Position numbers and translations under genes: made by a program
Shown here: positions 51,160-61,245 of the stretch, one piece after another
How the letters are laid out: each line of letters begins with the position of its first letter
Numbering within the stretch: position 1 is the first letter of the stretch
Virus record (IMG/VR): IMGVR_UViG_3300024269_000049
Location: 1 to 64,000 of that record
Length of the DNA stretch: 64,000 bases
Direction: 5' to 3' (one strand)
From: an uncultured virus (IMG/VR IMGVR_UViG_3300024269_000049)
Taxonomy: Duplodnaviria; Heunggongvirae; Uroviricota; Caudoviricetes
Notes under the pieces: model-generated
The model's input: only the letters and a program-made list of their open reading frames with translations
Told to the model about the DNA's origin: nothing
Database searches by the model: none

Positions 51160-51194
51160 ATTAATTGTTCACTCCTTTATATAATATATTTACA

Positions 51195-52418
51195 TTAATT
51201 AATTGATTGTTTTCTAATAAATAATTTATAGTATCCCTTCATAACGTATAACAGTAATGGCACTTTTATCATATTAGTCCAATTTGGTACATAATATGTA
51301 AATTCTTCTAAAGCATCAAAATCTATATTATGAATACTTTCTATCTGATCATTCATATATTTCATTAATAATTTATCGGCTTCATCATATTCGAAATTAT
51401 CATTCAATTCGCCATTAACCATTATATCAATCACATGTTTAGGGAAATATTCTATATCCCCACCTTTAAAACGTATCGAATAAACCTTTGCACTATAATA
51501 TCTAAATACAGAGTATATATTTTTGATTTCTTGTACTTTGAATTTATTATATGGATAGCGTTTTAATTTCTTTCTAGTTTCAAATGTTCTAAATAAAGAG
51601 TTATCATACTCTAAAGGGAAACAGCATGTGTCATCTTCGTTATTTAAATAAATAGTTTTATGTGATTCTTTATCATATAACAATCCATGTTTTTGTATAA
51701 ATGCATTAACATATCTGTCATAAATTGCCAAAGAGTTATCTGCATCATAATACATCATAACATTATATCTTTTATGATAATAGAATAGTTTATATCTATT
51801 AGCTATATCTTCATATAGCGAACGCATTCTTTGTAACATTTCATAAACTTCATCTTCTATTATACATTTATCTTCTGTACCAATATTATCAACGATACAT
51901 GTATATTTATTGGTAACTTGATCTAATATTTTCATAGAATCTTCTTTAGTAACATATTTTATAGTAAAACCTATTTTATAAAAGTTATTAGACTTTATTG
52001 TATCATAGTTTACTGTAGTTACTCTAAATAACATATCATGACCTTTATGTTCTAATATAAAAAAGTCGTCTGGATAAGGTTTAATAGTATCAGGTAATAT
52101 TATCAATTCTCCACCATCAAACGAACCATTTAACCCTTCATCACCTTCATCAATATCTAATTGAATAGCTTCCATACCATATATAGGAAGGTTCTTAACT
52201 TCGGAATATCTTATAGGTGATTGAGCTCCTAATATCTTATCAACGTTTGCAAAACCTAAATCAACTGTAGATTCTATCGTATTGATATTATAATATGTTA
52301 CGTAGGTAGGTGTAGTTTCTAAGAATCTTGTGAATGCACTATTAAGCTTATCTTCATATTTAAATATATTATTATTAACTAAGAGTTTTTCATCAAACTT
52401 AAACCCCATTATCATCAC
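51195..52418 (-). CDS. Virion structural (neck/head-tail-like) protein
   Basis: Late promoter at 52444-52455; PTYVTYY...SPIRY...PDTIKPYPDDFF resembles conserved phiKZ-like structural proteins. Confidence 0.55.
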   Translation of the reverse strand: MMIMGFKFDEKLLVNNNIFKYEDKLNSAFTRFLETTPTYVTYYNINTIESTVDLGFANVDKILGAQSPIRYSEVKNLPIYGMEAIQLDIDEGDEGLNGSFDGGELIILPDTIKPYPDDFFILEHKGHDMLFRVTTVNYDTIKSNNFYKIGFTIKYVTKEDSMKILDQVTNKYTCIVDNIGTEDKCIIEDEVYEMLQRMRSLYEDIANRYKLFYYHKRYNVMMYYDADNSLAIYDRYVNAFIQKHGLLYDKESHKTIYLNNEDDTCCFPLEYDNSLFRTFETRKKLKRYPYNKFKVQEIKNIYSVFRYYSAKVYSIRFKGGDIEYFPKHVIDIMVNGELNDNFEYDEADKLLMKYMNDQIESIHNIDFDALEEFTYYVPNWTNMIKVPLLLYVMKGYYKLFIRKQSIN

Positions 52419-52532
52419 TCCTTTCTTCGAGTATTCTTATACTTAGTGGATTGTTTTATTTAATAAATCAGTGGAAATACAATTAAGTAAATAAAAAAAT
52501 CTCGGAATCAAATAAATTATGGTATAGATAGA

Positions 52533-53558
52533 TTAGAATCTATCTATACCAATTTCTTTAAGCTTTATTTCATTTTTCTTAACTCCATAATCTTTTCCTA
52601 TATCGTTATAAAATAATCTTATATCATTTACAAATGGTTGTATATTTTTAATCATACGTTTATAATAATCAGGTGGTCTATCAGCATCACTAAATATATT
52701 AACATTAACATCACAGAGTAATCCCTGTTCTAAAATATATTTTATTACATTAAGATACCCCGAACCGTTTATAGCTGCATACACTGTATTATATTCATAT
52801 CCATTCATTAAATGGTAATATATACCTAATATATCAAATACTCCTTCAGCAATATTTATAGTTTTAATATCATTATTAAAAGGATCTATTTTATTAGGCA
52901 TTATATAAAATTTACCAGTTGTATCTAAATCTCTTTTTATTTTATAGATATAATATCTCTGATGATTTCCTGTCATATCTCTAAAGTTTATAAAATCATT
53001 TCTTGCTGATAAGAATCCAACATGATCAGTTTGTAAAGCTTTAATATGTTCAGCACTTCCATATAATTTTTCTATGTGATTATATCTTAATAATCCTATA
53101 AAATCATAAACTATTTTCTTATGATGAAGTTCTTCAACATCAATTTTTATTCCTAATCTATTTTCAATATAATTATGTTTTTGCATTACTAAATCCGTTA
53201 TTTTTAACTCTGGGAATTTAATGTTTAATCCTTTCTTGTTAAATGTTAATCCATGTTTTTTACATGACAATCTATTATATCTTTCTATATTTACAGAATT
53301 AGAACCTGTATATATTCCTATCATTGTTAGCGTAGTTCCATTAAATAATCCTGTTGAATTACATCTAAGACATCTGAACACTAATGGTTGATCATCATCA
53401 GGATTTATTCTGATAGACAAATGTGCAGAGTTTGCATTTTTAATCGAATCCCCACAGAATGGACATCTAACATTTAATTCATAGTTCTTGTAATATGATG
53501 GTTTAATATTTAATAATATTTCATTTATTAATTCTTTCTTAAATTCTCTACTATCCAT
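52533..53558 (-). CDS. DNA primase (Zn ribbon plus TOPRIM)
   Basis: RCPFCGDS...CLRC; IAEGVFD; FSDAD; KDYG. Confidence 0.88.
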   Translation of the reverse strand: MDSREFKKELINEILLNIKPSYYKNYELNVRCPFCGDSIKNANSAHLSIRINPDDDQPLVFRCLRCNSTGLFNGTTLTMIGIYTGSNSVNIERYNRLSCKKHGLTFNKKGLNIKFPELKITDLVMQKHNYIENRLGIKIDVEELHHKKIVYDFIGLLRYNHIEKLYGSAEHIKALQTDHVGFLSARNDFINFRDMTGNHQRYYIYKIKRDLDTTGKFYIMPNKIDPFNNDIKTINIAEGVFDILGIYYHLMNGYEYNTVYAAINGSGYLNVIKYILEQGLLCDVNVNIFSDADRPPDYYKRMIKNIQPFVNDIRLFYNDIGKDYGVKKNEIKLKEIGIDRF

Positions 53559-53595
53559 ATAATCACCTCTTAAAAAATAAATAGTTCATGGGTAA

Positions 53596-55107
53596 TTAAA
53601 TATTACCCATGAACATTAAGAATTCATCACTTACTAAATCTTCATCTATAGATATTGTTTTTCCTTGTAGATCTTGATTATGATAATCTACAAATTCAAA
53701 TTTAGTTTTCAATAATGTTGATAAGACATCTAATATAACTCTAGGTCCTTTTAGTTTTAATAGTTTAGCATATTTCTTTTCTACTAAACGTTTGTATCTA
53801 TCAGACTGTTCTATCTTATCTACAAATTTAAGACTTCTCATTGCTTTGTTTGCATTTCTATCTAACATATTTCCAACTATCATATGTTGTAAATACTTAT
53901 AACCTTGTGACTGCATTTTATATTTCATCAGAATCACTAATCGTGCAAATTGTTCTGATGATAATGCTTCCATCTCACTAAAACCATTAAACTGTTTAGC
54001 GAAATATAGTTTAATTAATTGAAGTTGAAAATCTGTTGGTCTATAATTCTTTTTATAATATTTGATTTCTTCATCAGATATATCAACTTTTAAACTATCT
54101 TGTAAATTTTGTAATACGGTTTCTTTATTAACTGTACTAATAACTACATTTGATAAATCTTTTCTAAGCATAGACATTTCCATTTTATCTTGTTGAGACA
54201 ATGAATCATCATTATCTCTTTCATCTGAAATTTCTGTTGGAAATAATTTATACTTTTCCTTTGTAAAGTTTCTAAAATCTCTTGAAACTGTTGATCTTAT
54301 TAAGGCTATATTATGAGAATTTTCATTGTAATCTAATTTAGGAATTATATTACTTACAATGTTTTGTAATCTAGTTTCTGCAAATGATATAGGATCGAAA
54401 TCTCCTATAAGTTCTCTTTGATGCCATATCTGTGCATCTCTTTTCTCACTGTCTTTAGTTTCTTTTAATATGAATGCAAACAGTTTCTCTTTTAAATTTA
54501 TCCCCTTCCCACAGATTTCGAATAATGGATCATAATATTTGTTTATTATAAACATCTTATTCGTATGCATAAATCTATGAGAATAATGTAAAATTAATGG
54601 TATTAATAAATTTGTACACATAGACATTCTATAAAGAATTGCATTGTGTTCATCTGTAAATGATGATTCTTTACCATATTTAGCTGTCTTAACTTCACAT
54701 TCAATACTTCGTGTGTTGTTTAATTCTACTAAAGCATTTACTTGTTTTAATATCGGTTCGGTTATGATTGTATCATATAATAATTTTATGAATGAATCTT
54801 CACTTAGAGGACCAGATCTTGTATCTAATAATGTTTTGATTTTGAATAATGCAGTTATATATAATTTATCTGGATCATAATACTTAACAAAATAATTAAG
54901 ATGGTTACATATTAATGAAGTTTGTTTTCTATACTTGCTTTTAAATGTAAACATACTTATCATTTTATCAGGTAATTCAAAATGCAACATTCTATCAAAA
55001 GCCACCATTAAGATACCATTATCAAATATAAATAATTGATCATCCTCTGTTTGATCTTTAACCCAATTTTCATAAAGAACTTTATTATTGTTAACCATAC
55101 CGATCAA
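53596..55107 (-). CDS. Candidate promoter-specificity (sigma-like) subunit of non-virion RNAP, AR9 gp226-like
   Basis: 503-aa helical protein under an early promoter, two genes from the chaperonin as recalled for AR9 gp226/gp228; call rests on synteny. Confidence 0.55.
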   Translation of the reverse strand: MIGMVNNNKVLYENWVKDQTEDDQLFIFDNGILMVAFDRMLHFELPDKMISMFTFKSKYRKQTSLICNHLNYFVKYYDPDKLYITALFKIKTLLDTRSGPLSEDSFIKLLYDTIITEPILKQVNALVELNNTRSIECEVKTAKYGKESSFTDEHNAILYRMSMCTNLLIPLILHYSHRFMHTNKMFIINKYYDPLFEICGKGINLKEKLFAFILKETKDSEKRDAQIWHQRELIGDFDPISFAETRLQNIVSNIIPKLDYNENSHNIALIRSTVSRDFRNFTKEKYKLFPTEISDERDNDDSLSQQDKMEMSMLRKDLSNVVISTVNKETVLQNLQDSLKVDISDEEIKYYKKNYRPTDFQLQLIKLYFAKQFNGFSEMEALSSEQFARLVILMKYKMQSQGYKYLQHMIVGNMLDRNANKAMRSLKFVDKIEQSDRYKRLVEKKYAKLLKLKGPRVILDVLSTLLKTKFEFVDYHNQDLQGKTISIDEDLVSDEFLMFMGNI

Positions 55108-55141
55108 TCACCCCTTATTATTTTTTATTTGTTTCATTGTT

Positions 55142-55172
55142 ATAATATATAATTGAAAAATTACCTTTTTAC
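55142..55172 (-). promoter_or_regulatory. Early promoter motif
   Basis: GTAAAAAGGTAATTTTTC-AATTA-TATATTAT. Confidence 0.7.
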
Positions 55173-55178
55173 ATATAG

Positions 55179-55958
55179 TCATTTTTTCTTTCTTATTGGA
55201 GTAATTTTATTAGCACCTGTTTTCTTAGCTTTAGTTTTCTTAATTGTATTTACTCCTCCTGAACTAGGATTTTTATTCTGACGTTTTTCTAAATAATCAT
55301 CTTTTAACTTTTTAGTTTTTTTATCTAATTTAAGTTTCTCTGCTTTTCTTTTTTCTCTCATCACTTTATCTGCTCTTTTATATTCTTCTTCTATGATATT
55401 CATGTGTTTTATCTCTTTAAGGACGTTCTTAGTTAATTTCTCTCCATATGTTTTAACATATGATTTTTGAAGAACTTGTTTATCTTCCATTATATATTTA
55501 CAAGCAAAATAAATAGATTTTTCATAACTAAATATTAAGCCTGGGTTTTTGCTAACTGGAGGTCTTGTTAATACAACCTCTTCATATTTATTAGATAATT
55601 CTTTAATCAAATACCCGTTTAGATTTGCTACATATGCATATCCATACGTAAAACTAGGACAATTTGAAAAGAACTCTATCTGATATTGTCTATAAGATTG
55701 ATCGAATTTCTCATTCTTTTCAGTTTGTTTAAATTTAATAATCACGTCATATGTTACATCCCTATCAACATTTTCTGATGGAATCATGACGTGATAATAA
55801 ACATCTTTTTCTGTTGTATAAATCTTCATAGTTATGTTTTGTTTTTCTTTTAATAATTTTAATCTATAATCTAAAACCATTAACAATTGATCTTTTCCGG
55901 GTATAACTGCTCCTTTACCCATAGGGTTTTTTAAAAACTCATCAATTTTCATACTCAT
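55179..55958 (-). CDS. Conserved jumbo-phage hypothetical protein with Lys-rich tail
   Basis: IPSE....YDV..F, FFSNCPSF.YGYAY, PP..KNP motifs. Confidence 0.65.
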   Translation of the reverse strand: MSMKIDEFLKNPMGKGAVIPGKDQLLMVLDYRLKLLKEKQNITMKIYTTEKDVYYHVMIPSENVDRDVTYDVIIKFKQTEKNEKFDQSYRQYQIEFFSNCPSFTYGYAYVANLNGYLIKELSNKYEEVVLTRPPVSKNPGLIFSYEKSIYFACKYIMEDKQVLQKSYVKTYGEKLTKNVLKEIKHMNIIEEEYKRADKVMREKRKAEKLKLDKKTKKLKDDYLEKRQNKNPSSGGVNTIKKTKAKKTGANKITPIRKKK

Positions 55959-56046
55959 CCTCCTCTCTTAAACAAACCTTAAAAATATGTTGTTGTTAAT
56001 ATAAAAAATAATTTAGAGGATAACAAATATGTTATCCTCTTTTTTA

Positions 56047-57873
56047 TTAGAATCTTACTGCAACGTATTGATTACTACTTAATAATAATCCTATTATACC
56101 TGCTGTAGCTCTTAATACTTCTATATCAGTTTTACAACTATTTATTATCGTATTATCTAAAGCCATTTCTCTAACTATAGCTTCAGGTTTAAATACATCA
56201 TCTAAATCAGGAGTTTTAAATACTTTTTCAAACTTATGGAAGAATCTTTGTAACCAATTTCCATCTTCTAAGCTTATATTATCAGCTCCTACGATTTCAA
56301 CAAATTCTATTTCAGTTCTTTCTATATCTATAACAGCTTGTGCTTTTATAGATTCTTTTAATAACTTATTCATAATATAATGTGGTATATGTTCTTTAAA
56401 TTTATTTTCTAATAATATTCTAGTTACATCTTTATATGCATCACTTATTGCATCAAGATACATATTTCCTATTTTATTCTTTTTATATTTTTCATCATTT
56501 CTTAAATCTTGTATTGCTGTTTGTATACCTATAGTTTGACCTGGAGTTACACCGAATAAATAAGCAGACTCACATGCTTTAACAGCATCTTCAACTAAAT
56601 CAAAGTTTGCAAGTTTAGCTAATTCTGTACTTCCTCCAACGTTTATTATACCCATATTTCCTTTTAGTTTAGACATTCTTTGTTTAGCATTTACTAATGC
56701 TTCAGTTATCGTACTAGATTTTTCAGCAGCTTGATGTAAATCTTGATATTTAGATATAGCATCTTTTTCTAATATTTGTAACATACCTTCATCTTTTTTG
56801 ATGAATCCTGTTGCAAATGTAGATTGTTCTCCTATATCCATTTCTTCAACTTCACCAAGATATTCTTCTACTTTAAATTCTAAATCTCCTTTTAAAACGT
56901 CTAGTGCTATACTTTCATTTATTATTGTACATCCACATAAAGCAGCGAAATCATTAAATAAATCAGCTCTATGTTCATCCATTAAAGAACCTTTAGCATA
57001 TACTGCTGTAGATGTTTTAGTTGCTTTAAATTCTAAACTTAAATCTCTTGCAAATCTTTGTAATAAGAAAGAATCGTAATAAGGTGCAACTACAACTAAT
57101 CTTTGTCCTCTATCTATAGCAGCTCTTATTGCTGGTTGTATTAATGGTTCAAAATAATCTTGTTCTAATTTATGATTAAACATTAATATTATTGGTTTCT
57201 TAATATTACAAGTTCCATTATCATTATTTATGAATATTCTATCAATATATGTCATAAATTGTAATTTATAACCTTTTAATACTTCATAAGTTGTATTTGA
57301 TGATTTAGATTTATTAAATTCTATAGCTGGGTTTCCAGTTTCTTTATATATAGTTCTTATCATTTCAGCTATACTAGAATCACCATTAGTTGATACTAAC
57401 GCCAATTTATATATTTCGTCTAAATCACCTTCTTTATTTATAGGTACTGCTATTTCTTGTATTTTATCACATATATCTTCAACAACTTCTTCTAATGTAT
57501 CTAAAAGCTGTTTTGGTCTTAAATTAGTTTTCTTAGCTATATCATCCATTTGTTGTAATAATTGGTTGGCACCTACTACAGATGTAGTTGAACCGTCCCC
57601 AACTCTCATAACAACTTGATGTGCTATTTTAACTATTAATCCTAATAATGTATTTTGAACTTCGTCCATATAAGCTAATTTTTTTAACACTTGCCATCCA
57701 TCTTTAGATAACATAACGTCTCCAACTTTATCTAAAACTGAAGTTGCACCATAAGGTCCAAGAGTTTTACTTAATGTATTGGAAACATCATCAAATAAAA
57801 GATGAATTCTTTCCCTATATTCTTCTTCTGTAATAACATTATTATTCATATTTATTTTATATTTATTATCCAT
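56047..57873 (-). CDS. groEL: Phage GroEL-like chaperonin
   Basis: TLGPYG, SKDG, VGDGSTT, STNGD, VGG...EDAVKA...GVTPG motifs. Confidence 0.92.
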   Translation of the reverse strand: MDNKYKINMNNNVITEEEYRERIHLLFDDVSNTLSKTLGPYGATSVLDKVGDVMLSKDGWQVLKKLAYMDEVQNTLLGLIVKIAHQVVMRVGDGSTTSVVGANQLLQQMDDIAKKTNLRPKQLLDTLEEVVEDICDKIQEIAVPINKEGDLDEIYKLALVSTNGDSSIAEMIRTIYKETGNPAIEFNKSKSSNTTYEVLKGYKLQFMTYIDRIFINNDNGTCNIKKPIILMFNHKLEQDYFEPLIQPAIRAAIDRGQRLVVVAPYYDSFLLQRFARDLSLEFKATKTSTAVYAKGSLMDEHRADLFNDFAALCGCTIINESIALDVLKGDLEFKVEEYLGEVEEMDIGEQSTFATGFIKKDEGMLQILEKDAISKYQDLHQAAEKSSTITEALVNAKQRMSKLKGNMGIINVGGSTELAKLANFDLVEDAVKACESAYLFGVTPGQTIGIQTAIQDLRNDEKYKKNKIGNMYLDAISDAYKDVTRILLENKFKEHIPHYIMNKLLKESIKAQAVIDIERTEIEFVEIVGADNISLEDGNWLQRFFHKFEKVFKTPDLDDVFKPEAIVREMALDNTIINSCKTDIEVLRATAGIIGLLLSSNQYVAVRF

Positions 57874-57920
57874 ATCTAATTACCTCCAAGTTTTTAAATA
57901 TTATAAATTTGTTATGGGGT

Positions 57921-58685
57921 TTATTTATTATCATCCAGCTCACTCATGTCAAACTGAGTAAAATGCTCTTTCTCTAGTTTTAATACTGGTGTAACCCCTA
58001 ATTTAAATACTTCATTCTTAATTACTTCTTCATCTAATCCTTTAACCTTTAATCCAAATTCTTCATCTAATTCATAATTACATCCTAACTCTCCTAATAA
58101 TATTTCTGTATAAGGAATAAGTTTATGTTCGATTAATTGATGTACATACTTAACATCATTAAGCACATAGCATGTTGGTTTATTAGGTAAAAACTTAACT
58201 GCTTCAATGAAATCTCCAGTAAGGAATTTTATCTTATCTCTATACTTTTCAAAATATACATTACAATCTATAATTGCTTGATGTGCTAATTCTTCTATAT
58301 AAATATAAAATTCTTTTATTCTATCCTGTTCAAATATGTTATACATTTTAGCACCAAACTCACTAAATTTAGATTGTGTGTAAATTGAAGTTAATTCTTC
58401 ATTAAATGTTTTTAATAGTAAATCACAAGTTTCATCTGGACAATCTGGTTTCTTTATATATTTAAGAGGATTTATATCTAATCTCTCTGCACATATTCTT
58501 TCCAAATTATAAATGTCAAAATCTTTTATCTTATCTAATTCTAAATAATCTTTTAAATCATCATAATAGTTGTTACATATTTCATGTAATAATACAGGAT
58601 ATGTCATCTTTATCATATCTTTATAACATATAAACATATAATGGTCTCTTGTACCGAAATAATTCACATCACCCATTTTTATCAC
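57921..58685 (-). CDS. Hypothetical protein (possibly degenerate HAD-like)
   Basis: ORF in the replication cluster. Confidence 0.65.
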   Translation of the reverse strand: MIKMGDVNYFGTRDHYMFICYKDMIKMTYPVLLHEICNNYYDDLKDYLELDKIKDFDIYNLERICAERLDINPLKYIKKPDCPDETCDLLLKTFNEELTSIYTQSKFSEFGAKMYNIFEQDRIKEFYIYIEELAHQAIIDCNVYFEKYRDKIKFLTGDFIEAVKFLPNKPTCYVLNDVKYVHQLIEHKLIPYTEILLGELGCNYELDEEFGLKVKGLDEEVIKNEVFKLGVTPVLKLEKEHFTQFDMSELDDNK

Positions 58686-58734
58686 CTCGTATAATAATAA
58701 AAAAAGAATGACGAAGAATCGTCATTCTTTTATT

Positions 58735-59517
58735 TTAGAATATATCATTTAAATCATCTAAACTTGTTGTTTGTACCTGTTCAGGTTTATTATTATAATT
58801 TTGTGTTGCAAATGTTGCTTTATTATAACTTCCTGTAAAATTACCTGAATCTAAAGCACCAACTTTACTTCCTATCTTAGTTACTTTATCCATTAAGCTA
58901 TTTCTATAGAATTTATCATTATATCTATCAGAATGTACATTAGCCTGTAAAGATACTTTTATATATTCTCTTAAAGCCTCTTTAAATACTTCATATTCTG
59001 ATTGATAAACTTTAACATCATCTATTTCACCTGTTGCTGGATTATAACCTTCAATTACTTCTTCATCTCTTATAAATGTATAAGAGAATCTTTGATCTGG
59101 TAATTTAGTTTGTGGATTTAAATCTCTACAAACATGACATATTATATTTAAATTACCTTCTATTTTTCTAGCTTCTACAACTAACATATTTGTACTTGAA
59201 GCTAATGGTAATACTATCGCAACTGAAGCTTCTTTATCTTCAGCTATTGCTTTATCTATTATAAGATTTAAAGCTCTTAATAATGATTGTGCTTTATCAA
59301 CTCTTAATGTAACAGATATTTTTTGTTCATAATCATAAACTTGTTTTTCTGTAGGATTCTTTAATCTAGGATGTAGCATTATGTTTAATTTGTCATCCCA
59401 ATATTGAACCACTAATGTAGAAGCTTCTACACCAGTTTGGTTCTTCATTTGAATTCCTCTTGTATTTACTGATTCATTCTTTCCATTATTATCTTTATTA
59501 TAATTATTAAAAGCCAT
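58735..59517 (-). CDS. Putative single-stranded DNA-binding protein
   Basis: Beta-rich N-terminus, disordered linker, acidic-hydrophobic C-terminus SLDDLNDIF; near primase. Confidence 0.6.
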   Translation of the reverse strand: MAFNNYNKDNNGKNESVNTRGIQMKNQTGVEASTLVVQYWDDKLNIMLHPRLKNPTEKQVYDYEQKISVTLRVDKAQSLLRALNLIIDKAIAEDKEASVAIVLPLASSTNMLVVEARKIEGNLNIICHVCRDLNPQTKLPDQRFSYTFIRDEEVIEGYNPATGEIDDVKVYQSEYEVFKEALREYIKVSLQANVHSDRYNDKFYRNSLMDKVTKIGSKVGALDSGNFTGSYNKATFATQNYNNKPEQVQTTSLDDLNDIF

Positions 59518-59567
59518 ATAAATACCTCCTATATTTTTTTATTATAAATTCAAATTATTTAATTATT

Positions 59568-59795
59568 CTATTTCTTTTTACCTTTATTCGCAAGTTTATC
59601 TTTTTTAGACACTGGTTTTACAAATTCATATTTACATTGTTCTCTTTTAAATTCTACACCTTTTTCCATTTCTTCTTCAACCCAATTCATAACTTCTAAT
59701 ACTGCTGTAAATTTTAAAGTTTCAAGTTTTTGTTTAGTTTTCGGATCTCTATAAACTCCTAATACGTGTAATTGTTTTACTAATTCTGCTTTCAT
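59568..59795 (-). CDS. Small basic hypothetical protein
   Basis: AAGGAG RBS. Confidence 0.7.
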   Translation of the reverse strand: MKAELVKQLHVLGVYRDPKTKQKLETLKFTAVLEVMNWVEEEMEKGVEFKREQCKYEFVKPVSKKDKLANKGKKK

Positions 59796-59816
59796 AATTC
59801 AACACTCCTTTTTTAA

Positions 59817-60056
59817 TTATTTGTATAAACTTCTAAAAGATCTCATAAATATATTTAAAACCCATTTATCTTCTTCACTCATAGCTTCATATTCATCTAT
59901 TCCGTCTATATAAACAAGCCATTCTAATTCTTCGAATGCCCATAATCCATTACCATGTTTTTTAACTATATCTAAAAATTTCATCCTCAATTTAGCTTCT
60001 ATAGGATGCATATATATACATTCTAATTCATCCTTCAAATCTAATGGCTTATACAT
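59817..60056 (-). CDS. Hypothetical protein
   Basis: AAGGAGATGAT RBS, AACA-N6-TA at 60086-60097. Confidence 0.7.
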   Translation of the reverse strand: MYKPLDLKDELECIYMHPIEAKLRMKFLDIVKKHGNGLWAFEELEWLVYIDGIDEYEAMSEEDKWVLNIFMRSFRSLYK

Positions 60057-60100
60057 ATAATCATCTCCTTTAACTATTTTAATTCTAAATATTTGTTATA

Positions 60101-60370
60101 TCACTCATAAAATTTTGTAGAAATTATATACTCGTTTAATTCTTTTTTATTCTCTATTAGAAATGCATCCCAAATTTCAAAATATTTATTGAAATATTTA
60201 GGATCATACATACCTCTCCATTTGAAAGGAACCCAATTTTGTTTATTATCCATTACAGATATCATATTAACTCCATTAGATGATATTTTTGCTATATAGA
60301 ATTTATTTTCTTTAAATACACCTTCAACCACATTCGATTCAATGTTTTTTACTATATAACATTTTATCAT
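60101..60370 (-). CDS. Hypothetical protein
   Basis: AGGAGG RBS. Confidence 0.7.
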   Translation of the reverse strand: MIKCYIVKNIESNVVEGVFKENKFYIAKISSNGVNMISVMDNKQNWVPFKWRGMYDPKYFNKYFEIWDAFLIENKKELNEYIISTKFYE

Positions 60371-60509
60371 TTTTTATTCCTCCTTTTATTTTTTATAATT
60401 AATATTATATGTTTAACGGTATAACCTTTCTTTTTTAAATATAATAATAAAAGAATTTTTAGCGTATTTTTAATTACAAAATACGCTAAATAAATCTTTA
60501 AATAATTCT

Positions 60510-61178
60510 TCATAGTTTATACTCTGCAGATTCTATCTTAAGAGCATCAAGATACTCTTTGAATTTCTTTTTCTTTTGGATATATAATTCCTTTCCTGTT
60601 TTAGTTTTTACATATGCTAGTTCTCTTTCTATTTTAGCATACTTATTATCTAATAGTTTAATTAATTCTTGTATTGATAAATTCTTATTATGTGTTCTCA
60701 AACATACTCTACTTATTAATAATATTCCTATCTCATCTAAGATATCAGCATCCATTACAACTTTCATTTCAGGTGTTAAATCTAACGAATCTAAATCTTT
60801 AGCACTATGATATAATATACAATCTAGAATTTTCTTTTTCTTTTTATCTAAATATGGAAACTTCTCAAAGAATATTTCAGCTAATCTATGGCTTACTAGA
60901 TTATGAGAATTTTCACATACAGTTTTGCTTATATCATGTAATAATAACGTTACTATAACTATCTCTTTATCTGCAATTTCTTTATTCATTAATCTTTCAG
61001 CTATTTTAATAGTTCTCATCGTATGTTCATATACCCTTGTAGATATCTTATTATAAGGATCTGTCAACTTTAAGAACAACTCTGCAAACTCATGAACGTT
61101 TTGAATATTAGATTTTGTTTCGTCCCATTCAAATACTATTGAATCGAATGTTGATTTAATGTCTGCTAAATATTTCAT
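60510..61178 (-). CDS. HD-domain phosphohydrolase
   Basis: H(TMR)...LLHDI...YHS...DADILD. Confidence 0.88.
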   Translation of the reverse strand: MKYLADIKSTFDSIVFEWDETKSNIQNVHEFAELFLKLTDPYNKISTRVYEHTMRTIKIAERLMNKEIADKEIVIVTLLLHDISKTVCENSHNLVSHRLAEIFFEKFPYLDKKKKKILDCILYHSAKDLDSLDLTPEMKVVMDADILDEIGILLISRVCLRTHNKNLSIQELIKLLDNKYAKIERELAYVKTKTGKELYIQKKKKFKEYLDALKIESAEYKL

Positions 61179-61245
61179 TAATAATCACCCCTATAGAAAA
61201 ATTATAGGAGTAAGGATTTTCCTTACTCCGTTTATATTATTTGTT

